NCBI GenBank assembly: GCA_963798085.1
Contig: CAWCRS010000003.1
Location: forward strand, 672,001 to 736,000
DNA length: 64,000 nt
DNA from: an uncultured Gemmatimonadales bacterium
GTDB lineage: Bacteria > Gemmatimonadota > Gemmatimonadetes > Longimicrobiales > RSA9
Reading direction: 5' to 3'
Program-made: the position numbers and the translations under genes
Notes under the pieces: generated by a model
The model's database searches: none
Told to the model about the DNA's origin: nothing
What the model saw: only the letters and a program-made list of their open reading frames with translations
Shown here: one piece after another, positions 43,997 through 55,288 of the stretch
Layout of the letters: each line of letters begins with the position of its first letter
Numbering within the stretch: position 1 is the stretch's first letter

Positions 43997-44083
43997 CCCG
44001 CCGCGCTCCGCTCTCCGGTGTGAGACTGCGATGGTCGGACCGGAGAGTACGCGGCGGCGGTGATGCCTCGCCAGCGGCGCCGG

Positions 44084-46724
44084 TCAGCGAGCGGGCAGCG
44101 TGAAGGAAAAGAATGTTGCCCCGGCCGGGGCCGGAATCGAGCCACAGGGCGCCGCCGTGAGCGCGCACGATCTGGCGGGCCCGTGCCAGGCCGGTGACCG
44201 GCTGATCTGCCTCGCCGGTGAGCGGGTCGAAGATGGCGGCCTGCTCGTCGAGCGGGATCGGCTGGCCGTTGTCGACCACGGAGAACTGCACGGCGCTGCG
44301 CACTTCATCGGCGTACACGGTGACGCGGCCTTCGCGACCAGCGAGGCGGGCGGCGTTAGCGAGCAGTGTTGCGAACACCGCGGTTATGCGCTCCCGATCG
44401 ACGAGGACAGCGGGTGCGTCGTCGTCCACTTCCGTATCCACGTGCGGGTGCGGGCCCGGCCTCGCGGTGAAAGCCTGCAGCGCGTCCTGAACCAGCTGCG
44501 CGGGTGAGAGCGGCTTCAATGTGAGTGCGGTGCGTCCTTCCTCCAGTGCCGTGAAGTCCAGCAGCTCATCGGCCAGGCGGCGCACGCGGGCGAGGTCAAT
44601 GCTGGCGGCCGCGAGGCGGGCGCGGTCTTCACGGCTGCATTCGGGGGCGAGCGACTGGTCCAGCCGGTCCAGGTTGGAGGCCAGGCTGGCGAGCGGCGCG
44701 CGCAGCTCGCGGGAAGCGCGCGTCACGAACTCGGTCCTGAGCCGATCCATGTCCTCGCGCTGGCGCGCGCGGCGGGTTTCTTCCTCGAGCCGTTCGCGTT
44801 CGATGGTGGCGGCGATCTGGCGCGCGAAGACATCGAGCAGGTGCAGCTGCTCGGGATCGCGCAGGCGAGCCCCACTGGCCGGTTTCACGGCGAGCACGCC
44901 CACGGCGCCGCGCGCCGCCACCAGGGGCACGTGCAGGGCGGCGGCGCTGGGCAGGGTGTCGGTGCCGGCGCCGGCCGGCTTGCGGTGGTCGAAGGCCCAC
45001 CGGGCGACGGCTAACTCATGGTTATCGAGTGACGGCCGGCCTGCCGCGGCGGCCACGTCCAGCCGGCCCTGCGCGTCCGGCAGCAGCACGGCTGCGTCGC
45101 TGCCGAACACGGCGGCAATGTGGCGCACGCCGGTCTGCAGGGCGCGATCCAGCTCGGGCGTCTGGCCCAGGTCGCGGCTCATCTCGTAGAGTGCGGCTGT
45201 CCGCTGTTCGCGGTGCCGCGCGCTCTGCGAGCGCAGCTTGAGTCGCGCCGTGAGGCTGGAGATGACGAGCGCCACGGCCAGCATCACGAGGAAGGTGATC
45301 ACGTACTGCGTGTCGGAAACGGCGAAGGTGAGGTGCGGTGGCACGAAGAAGAAGTCGAACGCGGCGACGCTCAGGATGGAGGCCAGAATGGATGGCCGGC
45401 GGCCCAGGCGTGCCGCCACCATGGTGATGGCGAGCAGGAATACCATCACGATGTTAACGAGTTCGAACCAGGGCCGCATCGCGCTGCCGATGAGGGTGCA
45501 GGCGACGACCGCGAGCATGGCCCACAGGTAACCGCTGCGCGCGTCCTCGACGGGTGCAGCCACGCGTCGCGGCACGGCCTCCTCGCCCGGCTCGCCGCTG
45601 ATCACGTACACATCGACGTCGCCGCTGGCGCGCACCACGTTGTCGAGCAGCGAGCCGAGGAGTCGGTCGCGGATGCGCGTGTGCGCGGGCTTGCCCACGA
45701 CCAGCTTGGTGACGTTGTGCGTGCGCGCGTAACTCAACAGCTCGGTGGCCGTGTCGGTGCCGCTGACACTCACCGTGTGGCCGCCCAGCTGTTCGGCCAG
45801 GCGCAGTGTTTCCCAGACGCGGGAGCGGTCCGCCTCGGACCAGCTGGTGTACGCCGGTGTTTCCACGAATGCGGCGATCCATTCGGCGCCGAGCCGTTCC
45901 GCCATGCGCTTGGTGGCGCGCACCAGCCGTTGTGAGCTGGGCGCCGCGCCCACGGCGACGAGCACCCGTTCGCGCACCGGCCAGGTTTCGGCGACACCTG
46001 TGGCGCGGCGATACACCTGCATCTGGGCGTCGACGCGTTCCGCGAGGTGTCGCAGCGCGAGCTGGCGGAGTGCGATGAGGTTTCCCTTGCGGAAGAAGGA
46101 CTGCGCCGCTCTCGTCGCCTGCTCCGGCACATAGACCTTGCCCTCGCGCAGGCGCTGCAGCAGTTCCCCGGGTGGCAGATCCACGAGTTCGATCTCGTCC
46201 GCCTGCTCGAGCACGGCGTCAGGAACGGTTTCGCGCACGCGCACGTGTGTGATGCGGGCGACGACATCGTTCAGGCTCTCGAGGTGCTGCACGTTCATCG
46301 CCGCGTACACGTCGATGCCGGCATCGAGCAGTTCCTCGACATCCTGCCAGCGTTTGACGTGGCGCGAGCCGGGTGCGTTCGTGTGCGCCAGCTCATCGAC
46401 AAGGATGAGTGCGGGGTGGCGTGCGAGTGCGCCGTCGAGGTCGAATTCCGTGAGCGTGACGCCGCCGTGCGCAATGCTGCGGCGAGGCAGTACTTCGAGG
46501 CCGTCGAGCAGCGCTTCGGTCTCGGCGCGGCCGTGCGTTTCGATGACGCCGACCACGACATCGGTGGCGGCGCGCTGCTGCAGATGCGCGGCTTCGAGCA
46601 TGGCGTAGGTCTTGCCCACGCCTGCCGCCGCCCCCAGGAAGACCTTGAGGCGGCCGCGCTTTCGTTCGGCTTCGACCTTCACCTGCGCGAGCAGGGCGTC
46701 TGGATCGGGGCGTGCGTTCTCCAC
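44084..46724 (-). CDS. kdpD: full-length KdpD sensor with degenerate kinase core (frameshift near 44105)
   Basis: GAAAGVGKTYAML, VDELAHTN, Usp domain, 4 TM DUF4118, GAF; H-box reads ASRELRAPL. Confidence 0.92.
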
Positions 46725-46777
46725 GCTAACCGTTCGTCAGAAGTCGGCGTCCCCTGTGCAACCGTGCGCGCTCTGCA

Positions 46778-47383
46778 TCATTGCGACGGCCCGCCCCTGG
46801 CCCCGCCCGCGCGGGCCAGAGAATCGAGCGCGAGGTTCAGGCGCAGCACGTTTACGCGCGGCTCACCCAGAAAGCCGAACGTGCGGCCCTGCACATGACG
46901 ATGCACGAGCGCATTCACCGAATCAACAGACAGGCTGCGCGCCATGGCCACGCGGTGCGCCTGGTAGAGCGCCGCCGCGGGCGAGATATCGGGATCGAGA
47001 CCGCTGCTCGACGCAGTGACGAGGTCGACGGGCACCGGTCCGGTCACCGTGGGGTCCGCTGCATGCAGCTCGTTCACGCGCGCAGCAACAGCCTTTGCCA
47101 GGTCCTCACTGGTCGGCCCGTAGTTCGAGCCCGAGGAACTCGCGGCATTGTACGGCTGCGGCCCGGTTGCAGACAGACGGCTCCAGAACCACTCGGGCCC
47201 ACTGAAGCGCTGGCCAATGAGCGCGGAGCCGACCACGACGTTGTCGCGGCTGATCAGACTGCCATTGGCCTGACGCGGGAACACCAGCTGGGCGAAGCCG
47301 GTCATGACCAGCGGGTAGAGGATCCCGGTGAGCAGCGTGAAGGCCGCCAGCATGATAACCGCAGGTTTGAGTTGTTCGCGCAT
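46778..47383 (-). CDS. kdpC: K+-transporting ATPase subunit C
   Basis: GSALIGQ, SSGSNYGP, SGLDPDIS, VNVLRLN. Confidence 0.97.
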   Translation of the reverse strand: MREQLKPAVIMLAAFTLLTGILYPLVMTGFAQLVFPRQANGSLISRDNVVVGSALIGQRFSGPEWFWSRLSATGPQPYNAASSSGSNYGPTSEDLAKAVAARVNELHAADPTVTGPVPVDLVTASSSGLDPDISPAAALYQAHRVAMARSLSVDSVNALVHRHVQGRTFGFLGEPRVNVLRLNLALDSLARAGGARGGPSQ

Positions 47384-47399
47384 GGTTGTTTCCTCCGCG

Positions 47400-49472
47400 T
47401 CACACGAGGCGCAATGTGACGAGCAGCATGTCCACGATCTTGATGCCGATGAAGGGCGCGATCAGACCGCCCACGCCGTAGACCAGCAGATTGTCCCGCA
47501 GCAGCCTCGCCGCCGCCTTTGCCCGGTACTTCACGCCCTTGAGCGCCAGCGGGATCAGGGCAACGATGATCAGCGCGTTGAAGATGACGGCGGAGAGGAT
47601 GGCGCTCTCGGGTGTGGCCAGGTGCATGATGTTGAGCGCATTGAGCTCCGGGTAAGTCGCCACGAACGCAGCGGGAAGAATCGCGAAATACTTGGCCACG
47701 TCGTTGGCGATGCTGAACGTGGTCAGCGAGCCGCGGGTCATGAGCAGCTGTTTGCCGATCTCGACGATCTCGAGCAGCTTCGTGGGGTTGGAGTCGAGGT
47801 CGACCATGTTCGCGGCCTCGCGGGCGGCCTGCGTGCCCGCGTTCATGGCGACCGCGACATCCGCCTGCGCCAGTGCCGGCGCGTCGTTCGTGCCATCGCC
47901 GGTCATGGCGACGAGGTGACCCCCTTCCTGGTGCTTCCTGATAAGCTTGAGTTTGTCCTCCGGCGTGGCTTCGGCAAGGAAGTCGTCGACGCCGGCCTCC
48001 GCGGCAATCGCCGCCGCAGTAAGCGGGTTGTCGCCCGTGATCATGACCGTGCGGATGCCCATGGCGCGCAGGTCACCGAAGCGCTCGCGGATGCCGCCCT
48101 TCACAATGTCCTTGAGGTTGATGGCGCCGAGGACGCGCTCGTTCTCGGAGACGACGAGCGGCGTGCCGCCGCTGCGCGCAATGCGCTCGACGGACTGCAC
48201 GACATCCGGCGGCATGGTGCCACCCAGAGTGGTGACGTGGGCGGTGATCGCGTCAGGCGCGCCCTTGCGCAGCACCCGTCCGTCGAGGTTGGCGCCGCTC
48301 ATGCGCAGCTGCGCGGAGAAGGGAACGAACTGCGCGTGCAGCTGGTGCACGTCGCGCTGGCGCAGATTGAACTGCTGCTTTGCCAGCACGACAATGCTGC
48401 GTCCCTCGGGCGTTTCATCGGCGAGCGAGGCGAGCTGCGCCGCATCGCCCAGGCGGCTGGCCTCGATGCCCGCGGCCGGCACGAACTCGACGGCCTGGCG
48501 GTTGCCCAGCGTGATGGTGCCGGTCTTGTCGAGCAGCAGCACATCGACATCACCGGCGGCCTCGACCGCGCGCCCCGATGTGGCAATGACGTTCGCCTGG
48601 ATCATGCGATCCATTCCGGCAATGCCGATGGCGGAGAGCAGCGCGCCAATGGTGGTCGGGATGAGGCAGACGAGCAGTGCGGTCACCACGGTGATGCTGA
48701 TGGGGCTACCGTGGCCCGCCTGGGCAACACTGAGGAGCGAGAAGGGCACCAGCGTCGCGCAGGCGAGCAGGAAGATGATGGTGAACGCGGCGAGCAGAAT
48801 GTCGAGCGCGATCTCGTTGGGCGTTTTCTGGCGCGCGGCGCCCTCGACCAGCCCGATCATGCGATCGAGGAACGACTGTCCCGGTTCGGCGGTCACGCGG
48901 ACCACGAGCCAGTCCGACAGCACGCGCGTGCCGCCGGTCACGCCGCTGCGGTCCCCGCCCGCCTCCCGGATGACGGGCGCGCTTTCGCCGGTGATCGCGC
49001 TCTCATCGACGGAGGCGACGCCCTGGATCACCTCGCCATCGGCGGGGATCACATCGCCGGCGACGCACAGCACCACCTCGTCTCGTTTCAGTGACGATGC
49101 CGCGACCAGTTCGTATAACTCGCGGTTATCGGGGTCGAGCAGCTGCCTGGCCTTTGTCTCGGTGCGCGTGCGCCGCAGCGCGTCGGCCTGCGCCTTGCCT
49201 CGACCCTCCGCCATCGCTTCCGCGAAGTTGGCGAACAGCACCGTGAACCACAGCCAGATGGACACGGCGATGATGAAGCCGGCCGGTGCCTCGCCGTGTC
49301 CGCGCAGCGCCTGCAATCCGAGGCCGGTGGTGAGGGCGGCGCCCACCAGCACCACGAACATCACCGGATTCCGGATCTGATGTCGCGGGCTCAGCTTGAG
49401 GAAGGCGTCGCCGAGCGCGCGACGGGCGATCCGCGGATCGAACAGGGAGCGACGTTCAATGCGTTCAGACAT
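47400..49472 (-). CDS. kdpB: K+-transporting ATPase subunit B
   Basis: [19 protein letters not shown]. Confidence 0.98.
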   Translation of the reverse strand: MSERIERRSLFDPRIARRALGDAFLKLSPRHQIRNPVMFVVLVGAALTTGLGLQALRGHGEAPAGFIIAVSIWLWFTVLFANFAEAMAEGRGKAQADALRRTRTETKARQLLDPDNRELYELVAASSLKRDEVVLCVAGDVIPADGEVIQGVASVDESAITGESAPVIREAGGDRSGVTGGTRVLSDWLVVRVTAEPGQSFLDRMIGLVEGAARQKTPNEIALDILLAAFTIIFLLACATLVPFSLLSVAQAGHGSPISITVVTALLVCLIPTTIGALLSAIGIAGMDRMIQANVIATSGRAVEAAGDVDVLLLDKTGTITLGNRQAVEFVPAAGIEASRLGDAAQLASLADETPEGRSIVVLAKQQFNLRQRDVHQLHAQFVPFSAQLRMSGANLDGRVLRKGAPDAITAHVTTLGGTMPPDVVQSVERIARSGGTPLVVSENERVLGAINLKDIVKGGIRERFGDLRAMGIRTVMITGDNPLTAAAIAAEAGVDDFLAEATPEDKLKLIRKHQEGGHLVAMTGDGTNDAPALAQADVAVAMNAGTQAAREAANMVDLDSNPTKLLEIVEIGKQLLMTRGSLTTFSIANDVAKYFAILPAAFVATYPELNALNIMHLATPESAILSAVIFNALIIVALIPLALKGVKYRAKAAARLLRDNLLVYGVGGLIAPFIGIKIVDMLLVTLRLV

Positions 49473-49486
49473 GATCAGGTCCGGGT

Positions 49487-51229
49487 TCAGTGAAGCATCT
49501 GGAGGTGCTCGACAATGGGACCGAGCGCGAGCGCCGGCAGGAACGTGAGCGCACCTACGATGAGCACGACGCCGACCAGCAGCGCCACGAACAGCGGCGT
49601 GTGCGTGGGCAGCGTGCCGGCACCCGCCGGCACCGTCTTCTTGCGCGCGAGCGAGCCCGCAATGGCGAGCACGGGGATCATGAGCCAGAAGCGAGCGATC
49701 AGCATGGCGATGCCGCCGATGGTGTCCACCAGCGGAACGGCCGCGTTGTAGCCGGCGAACGCGCTGCCATTGTTGTTGCCCATGGAGCTGTACGCGTACA
49801 GGATCTCGCTGAATCCGTGCGCGCCGGTGTTGTGCAGCGAGGCCGCGCCCGCGGGTGCGGCCGCCGTAATGGCCGTGGCGAGCAGCACGACCGCGGGCGG
49901 GATGAGGATGCAGAGCGCGGCCATCTTCATCTCGAACGGCTCGATCTTCTTGCCCAGGTACTCCGGTGTGCGACCCACCATGAGGCCGGACACGAAGACC
50001 GCGACAATGGCGAACATGAGCATGCCGTAGAGGCCCGAGCCCACGCCGCCGTACACGACCTCACCCAGCTGCATCAGCACCATGGGCACCAGCCCTCCCA
50101 GCGGCGTATACGAGTCGTGCATGGAGTTGACGGAACCGTTGGAGGCGGCGGTCGTCGTGGTCGCCCATAACGCGGAGTTAGTGATGCCGAAACGGACCTC
50201 CTTGCCTTCCATGTTGCCGCCGGACTGGAGCTGACTGACGGTCTGGTCGGCGCCCAGCGCGCTGAGCCGCGGATTGCCGTGCTGCTCGGCCCGGAAACAG
50301 AGCGCGAGAAAGCCGACGAGGATGATGGTCATGGCGGCGAGGAGGGCCCAGCCCTGGCGCGTGTCGCCGACCATGCGACCGAACGTGTAGCACACTGCGC
50401 CCGAGATCACGAGAATGCTGAGCAGCTCGAAGAAGTTGGAGATGGGCGTGGGGTTCTCCAGCGGGTGCGACGAGTTCACGTTGAAGAAGCCGCCGCCGTT
50501 CGTGCCCAGCTGCTTGATCGCGACCTGCGAAGCCGCGGGTCCGAGCGCGATGGTCTGCGCGCTGATCGCCTTGCCCGCCGCGTCCGCGGCGGGCTGCACG
50601 AGCTGCGCGCTGACGGAACCGTGCAGCGTCTGCACGACGCCCTGCGAGATGAGGATGACCGCGAGTACAATGGAGAGCGGCAGCAGGATGTAGAGTGTGC
50701 TGCGTGTCAGGTCCACCCAGAAGTTGCCGATCGTCTTTTCCTCGCGGCGGGAGAAGCCGCGGAACAGCGCCACCATGACGGCGAGGCCGGCCGCGGCGGA
50801 GACGAAGTTCTGGACCGTGAGCCCGGCCATCTGTACGAAATGGCTGAGCGTGGTTTCGCCGCCATAGGCCTGCCAGTTGGTGTTCGTCGCGAAGCTGGCG
50901 GCCGTGTTGAAGGCGAGGTGCGACGTGACCGCGGTGAAGCCCTGCGGATCGAGCGGCAGCACGCCCTGCAGCCGCTGCAGCGCGTAGACGACGAGCAGGC
51001 TGAGCATGCTGAAGAGCATCACGGCGATGGCGTACGTCTGCCAGCTCATCTCGGCGTCTTCGCGCACGCCACTGATGCGGTAGAAGAACCGCTCGATGGG
51101 GTCGAGTGCCGGCGTCAGCCAGGTGCGCCGGCCCTCGTAGACCCGGACCATGTAGATGCCCAGCGGCTTCGCCAGTGCCAGCAGCACGAGCAGGTAGAAG
51201 CCGAGCTGGAGAAATGCGTTCGTGGTCAT
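49487..51229 (-). CDS. kdpA: K+-transporting ATPase subunit A
   Basis: [25 protein letters not shown]. Confidence 0.98.
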   Translation of the reverse strand: MTTNAFLQLGFYLLVLLALAKPLGIYMVRVYEGRRTWLTPALDPIERFFYRISGVREDAEMSWQTYAIAVMLFSMLSLLVVYALQRLQGVLPLDPQGFTAVTSHLAFNTAASFATNTNWQAYGGETTLSHFVQMAGLTVQNFVSAAAGLAVMVALFRGFSRREEKTIGNFWVDLTRSTLYILLPLSIVLAVILISQGVVQTLHGSVSAQLVQPAADAAGKAISAQTIALGPAASQVAIKQLGTNGGGFFNVNSSHPLENPTPISNFFELLSILVISGAVCYTFGRMVGDTRQGWALLAAMTIILVGFLALCFRAEQHGNPRLSALGADQTVSQLQSGGNMEGKEVRFGITNSALWATTTTAASNGSVNSMHDSYTPLGGLVPMVLMQLGEVVYGGVGSGLYGMLMFAIVAVFVSGLMVGRTPEYLGKKIEPFEMKMAALCILIPPAVVLLATAITAAAPAGAASLHNTGAHGFSEILYAYSSMGNNNGSAFAGYNAAVPLVDTIGGIAMLIARFWLMIPVLAIAGSLARKKTVPAGAGTLPTHTPLFVALLVGVVLIVGALTFLPALALGPIVEHLQMLH

Positions 51230-51318
51230 GACAGTCGCTCCGGGTAGAGGAGGGCGACGAAGAGGTAGACGAGGAGCGCGGCAGCGATGATGATGCCCAG
51301 AACGTAGATCGCGGTCAT
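51226..51318 (-). CDS. kdpF: K+-transporting ATPase subunit F (30 aa)
   Basis: [34 protein letters not shown] overlap with kdpA. Confidence 0.9.
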   Translation of the reverse strand: MTAIYVLGIIIAAALLVYLFVALLYPERLS

Positions 51319-51391
51319 TGTGGTTCCTTCCGTTGCTCGAGAGCGCGGAGAGATCTCACGCGGAGGCGCGGAGGCACGGAGAACAGCGGAG

Positions 51392-51475
51392 TCACAGGCG
51401 CTCGATCAGTTTGATGAAGCCGAGGGACGCTGCGAAGAACAGCAGTGTCAGCGCAATGTAGAGTACGTCGGCCAT
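51392..51475 (-). CDS. 27-aa single-TM peptide upstream of kdpF
   Basis: MADVLYIALTLLFFAASLGFIKLIERL with GGGAG RBS. Confidence 0.7.
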   Translation of the reverse strand: MADVLYIALTLLFFAASLGFIKLIERL

Positions 51476-51508
51476 GGGAACGCTCCCGGTAGTGGATCAG
51501 GGTTCGCA

Positions 51509-52582
51509 TCAGAGTGTGATCGCAAGGGATGACAGCAGAAAGCCGTCGCGGCGGCCGGGTCCGTTGTGACCGGGCCAGACGCGCGCGTCCGAGCCGAACA
51601 GGCGGGCCTCCACGCGCAGCAGCACGTTAGACGACGGGCTGTGGTCCAGGTTCACGGAGCCGCCGCTGGTCACGAAGCCATTGGCGCCGCCGGTGCTGAC
51701 CACGACCTGGTCGGGATCATGGAAGTATTCTGCGCGCAGTCCCGCGGCCCAGGTCGGGCTCAGCGTGACGTGGCCGAGCAGCGCGGCCCCATACCACTGC
51801 GCGTTGCCCCCGGACGGTCGCTCCTGTGTGCCGAAATCGAAGACGCCGGCGACGGAGACGTGGTCGGACGCCGTGATCTGGGCATAGGTGTCCTGGAAAT
51901 AGCGGAGCTGGCGCGGCGGCAATGTGCTGCCTTCCGCGTCTGCCGCTTCGTTGCCGATGTAGTTGCTGTAGTTGAGCAGCAGCTTCGGTGATGCCTGGTA
52001 CGTCAGCTGCACGCCCACGGACTTGGCGTTATTCGTCTCGTGGATGTTCTGCCAGCCGTTGAGCACCAGCACCGCGGCGGTCAGCTTCGTGGATGCCTGC
52101 ACGGTCAGGCGGGCGCCGGTCTCGAAGAACGGCGAATAGTCCGCCATGAGCGAGCGGCTGACGGTCCAGTCCGAAGCCGAGACGGTCGACTCGAAGCCAA
52201 TGTGGGAAGGCAGCACACCTGCGTCGAGCCACGTCTTCGAGCCGAGCGCAATGCCGCCCCACGCCTCGAGAATGTGCTGCAGCAGCTGCGGCTCGGCGGC
52301 GTAGTTCGCCTGCACGTAGGTACCCGTTGCCAGCGTCACATTGGCACGGGCGCGCTCGCCCGTGTAGCGCGCCCGCAGAAGCGCGAGGTTCACATTGAAC
52401 TCGTTGTGGCGCAGCGGCTGCGTGGTGAACGCGCGATTGCGATCGAGCGGCCGGTTGAAATCGAACGCATAGTAGAAATCGACGAAGCCATCGAGCCTCG
52501 TTGCGGGCTGCGGCGTCTGCGCCGTTGCGCCGGCCGGCACCAGCAGCGCCAGCCAGCCCAGCCCCCGTCCCGGCCTCGACAT
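51509..52582 (-). CDS. putative outer-membrane porin (beta-barrel) in kdp operon
   Basis: Signal peptide; GFVDFYYAFDFN, SHIGFE, SPFFETG, LNGWQN, RAEYFHD. Confidence 0.85.
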   Translation of the reverse strand: MSRPGRGLGWLALLVPAGATAQTPQPATRLDGFVDFYYAFDFNRPLDRNRAFTTQPLRHNEFNVNLALLRARYTGERARANVTLATGTYVQANYAAEPQLLQHILEAWGGIALGSKTWLDAGVLPSHIGFESTVSASDWTVSRSLMADYSPFFETGARLTVQASTKLTAAVLVLNGWQNIHETNNAKSVGVQLTYQASPKLLLNYSNYIGNEAADAEGSTLPPRQLRYFQDTYAQITASDHVSVAGVFDFGTQERPSGGNAQWYGAALLGHVTLSPTWAAGLRAEYFHDPDQVVVSTGGANGFVTSGGSVNLDHSPSSNVLLRVEARLFGSDARVWPGHNGPGRRDGFLLSSLAITL

Positions 52583-52670
52583 CGTTTCCTCCCGACATGG
52601 GTGATCCAGCAGGACGCCACGAATCTGAGCTCTGCGCCGTCATGCGGGCACAAACGCGCGGGGCCCTCCG

Positions 52671-52688
52671 ATTAAGGAGTTGTTAAGA
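52671..52688 (-). promoter_or_regulatory. candidate KdpE binding site
   Basis: TCTTAAC-N4-CCTTAAT direct repeat (11-bp period) upstream of porin-kdp operon. Confidence 0.5.
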
Positions 52689-54247
52689 GATGGCGGGCAA
52701 TGGGGGAAGGTCCTCGACATGCAGGGCGGGAAGTCTCAGTTCGAAGCAGCTGCCGCCACCCGGGCGCGGCTGGCAGGTGACATCGCCGCCCTGTGCACGC
52801 GCCAGGCTGCGGGCAATGGCGAGGCCGAGGCCGGCGCCGCCCGTGTCGGGTGTGACGCTGAAGTGCGCGAAGGGCTCGAACACGCGTTCGGTCAGATCGG
52901 CGGGAACGCCGGGCCCGCGGTCCAGTACGCTGATGAGGAGGGCCTCCGCCTGCTGTTCGACGCGCACTTCGACCTGCGATCCCGGCGCTGAGAACTTGAG
53001 TCCGTTCTCGAGCAGATTCACGAGGGCGCGCAGCGTCTGCACGAAGTCGAAGCGGGCGAAGACGGGCTCCGCGGGCAGTTGCGTGGTGATGTCAGCGACC
53101 CGCGGGTGGCCGGCGAGTCGTTCGAGTGCAGCGCCCAGCAGATCGTCCACCGCGTTCAGCTCGGCGTGCACAGGCAGTGCGCCGGCATTGAGGCGGGAGA
53201 GGTCGAGCAGGTCCGTGACCATGCGGTTGAGCCGGTCGGCTTCCAGTTCAATGGTGGCGGCGCGCTCATCGCCCTGGCGGCGGATCTCGTGGGCCAGTGC
53301 CTTGATGGTGGTGAGGGGCGTACGCAAGTCGTGGGACACCGCGGCAATGAGTGCTTCCTTGAGGCGGTCGGCTTCGCCCAGCGCGGCGGCGCGTTCTGCC
53401 TCGCGCTCGAGGCGCAACCGCTCCACGCCGAGCGCGCCGTAGTAGCCCAGGGCTTCGATAACACGACGTTGCGTGTCGTCTGCACGCAGGTTGCTGCTGT
53501 CGGCCAGGCGCAGCACGCCCACCGTGCGGGTCCGCACCTGCAGGGGCATCAGGATGCTGCGGGCGTCGGGCTGGTCGAATGGCGAATCGCTGTGTTCGCC
53601 GGGCCGCACCACATGCATGGTGCCGTCCGCGTGCTGCACGGCCGCGCGTCCCTGCTCCGCCACCCAGGTCAGCAGCTCACCTGCGTGCAGTGTCGCCGGC
53701 GACGTGACGGGCGTCGTCGCCTGCCCCACAATGCGGAAACTGCGCGCGGCCGCATCGTACTCGTAGATCTCGCAACACTGGATATCGAGCATGGTGCGCA
53801 GCACGCGGGCCACCGCGCTGACGGCGTCCTCGGCGCGGGCGGCATTCAGTGTTTCCGCGCCCAGTGTGGCCAGCCGGTCGATCTCCTCCGCCCGGCGGCC
53901 GGCCAGAACGGTTTCGCGCTGCGCGCGGTGCAGCAGCTGCGCGGCGAGCAGTGTGGCAATCAGGAAGGCCGCCAGAACCAGCCAGTCGAGCGGCCGGGCG
54001 AGGACTAACGTGTAGTAAGGCGGCAGCAGGAAGAAGTTGAAACAGAAGAAGCACAGTACGGCCAGTGCGGCGCCGCCTCGGCGGCCGGTGCGCGCGCTGC
54101 CCGCGAGCACAACGAGCAGGTAGGCGAGCGCGAAGTTCGCCTTGTCGAGTGTGTCGCGCAGCAGCACGAGGGCGAGCGTGACCACGGCCACGACGCCGAT
54201 CCAGGGCAGCACGCCGCGCAGGCCGCCCTGTGCGCGGGCGGCGGCAT
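52683..54247 (-). CDS. short KdpD-like histidine kinase (DUF4118-GAF-HisKA-HATPase); ATG 54247 with early frameshift or GTG 54212
   Basis: FNFFLLPPYYTL; AVSHDLRTPL; NLLENGLKF; DRGPG; GAGLGLAI. Confidence 0.88.
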
Positions 54248-54942
54248 CAGTCGAGCGCGCGAAACCGGTAGCCAACGCCAGGCTCGGTGAGGATGAGTCG
54301 AGGCCGCACGGGATCCTGTTCGATCTTGCGGCGCAGATTGGCGACGTGCACGCGCAGGTACGCCTGGGCATCGCCCGCGGGCTGGCGCCAGACTTCGCGG
54401 AAGATCTGCTGGTGCGTGAGCGTGCGGCCCGCGTGGCGCAGGAAGGTGCGCAGCAGATCCCACTCGGTGGGTGTCAGGTGGATTTCCTCGCCGTCGCGCG
54501 TGAGTGTGCGCCGGCCGGAGTCGATGCGCAGTCCGTCAATGCCGATTTCGTCGCGCGCAGGCGAGGCGCCCAGTTGTGCGCGGCGCAGTTGCGCACGCAC
54601 CCGGGCGCGCAGCTCGGGAGGACTGAACGGCTTGGTGACGTAGTCGTCGGCGCCGGCATCGAGCAGCTCGATCTTTTCGCGCTCGGAATGACGGGCGGAG
54701 AGCACGATGATGGGTGCGCCGGACCACTTGCGCACTTCGCGGCAGACGCTGGCGCCGGGCGCATCGGGCAGGCCGAGGTCGAGTATGATCAGCGCGGGTC
54801 CTTCGGCGGCGGCGAGGTCGATGCCGGCGCGGGCCGAGTCGGCCTCGAGCACGTGCAGCCCTTCCTCTTCCAGCACGTGGCGCACGACGCGGCGGATCTG
54901 CGGCTCGTCATCAATGACGAGGACCCTGCCGGTTTCCGTCAT
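54247..54942 (-). CDS. kdpE: KdpE response regulator
   Basis: VLVIDDEPQIRR, LDLGLPD, DYVTKPF, YLRVHVANLRRKIE..TEPGVGYR. Confidence 0.93.
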   Translation of the reverse strand: MTETGRVLVIDDEPQIRRVVRHVLEEEGLHVLEADSARAGIDLAAAEGPALIILDLGLPDAPGASVCREVRKWSGAPIIVLSARHSEREKIELLDAGADDYVTKPFSPPELRARVRAQLRRAQLGASPARDEIGIDGLRIDSGRRTLTRDGEEIHLTPTEWDLLRTFLRHAGRTLTHQQIFREVWRQPAGDAQAYLRVHVANLRRKIEQDPVRPRLILTEPGVGYRFRALD

Positions 54943-55288
54943 GGTCGAACTCCGCTCGGATGAAGCCTGCGCGGGAGATGTTAGCCGGTTCGGGGGTTGC
55001 CGCCAGTCAGGCGGTGGCTCGGCGCGCCGAATCGTGATCTTGCGGCCCCCCTCCACCCGATACATATGTTGAGGAGTCCGGACTGAGTTCCGGCGTCATG
55101 CCCGTGAGGAAGCCCGCCTCCCGGCGTACGGACTGTGCGCAAACTGCGCCCGGTCCGTTTCTTTCCGCGCGACATCGTTCATCCCGAAGTCGGGCTGAGG
55201 CCTGTCCATGGCGGCTTCCCGGTCGAAATGCGTCCGGGATCGCTGGTAGTGGCGGCGCGGTTCCTTCACCGGTGTGGAGGATGGTCCT

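Noticed and set aside
51340..51390. CGCGGAG repeats as a regulatory RNA
   Set aside because: Short low-complexity intergenic repeat with no supportable structure
54960..55170. c-di-AMP (ydaO) riboswitch upstream of kdpE
   Set aside because: Only a loose CCCGAACC..GCTAAC resemblance; other conserved elements not found; needs an Rfam scan
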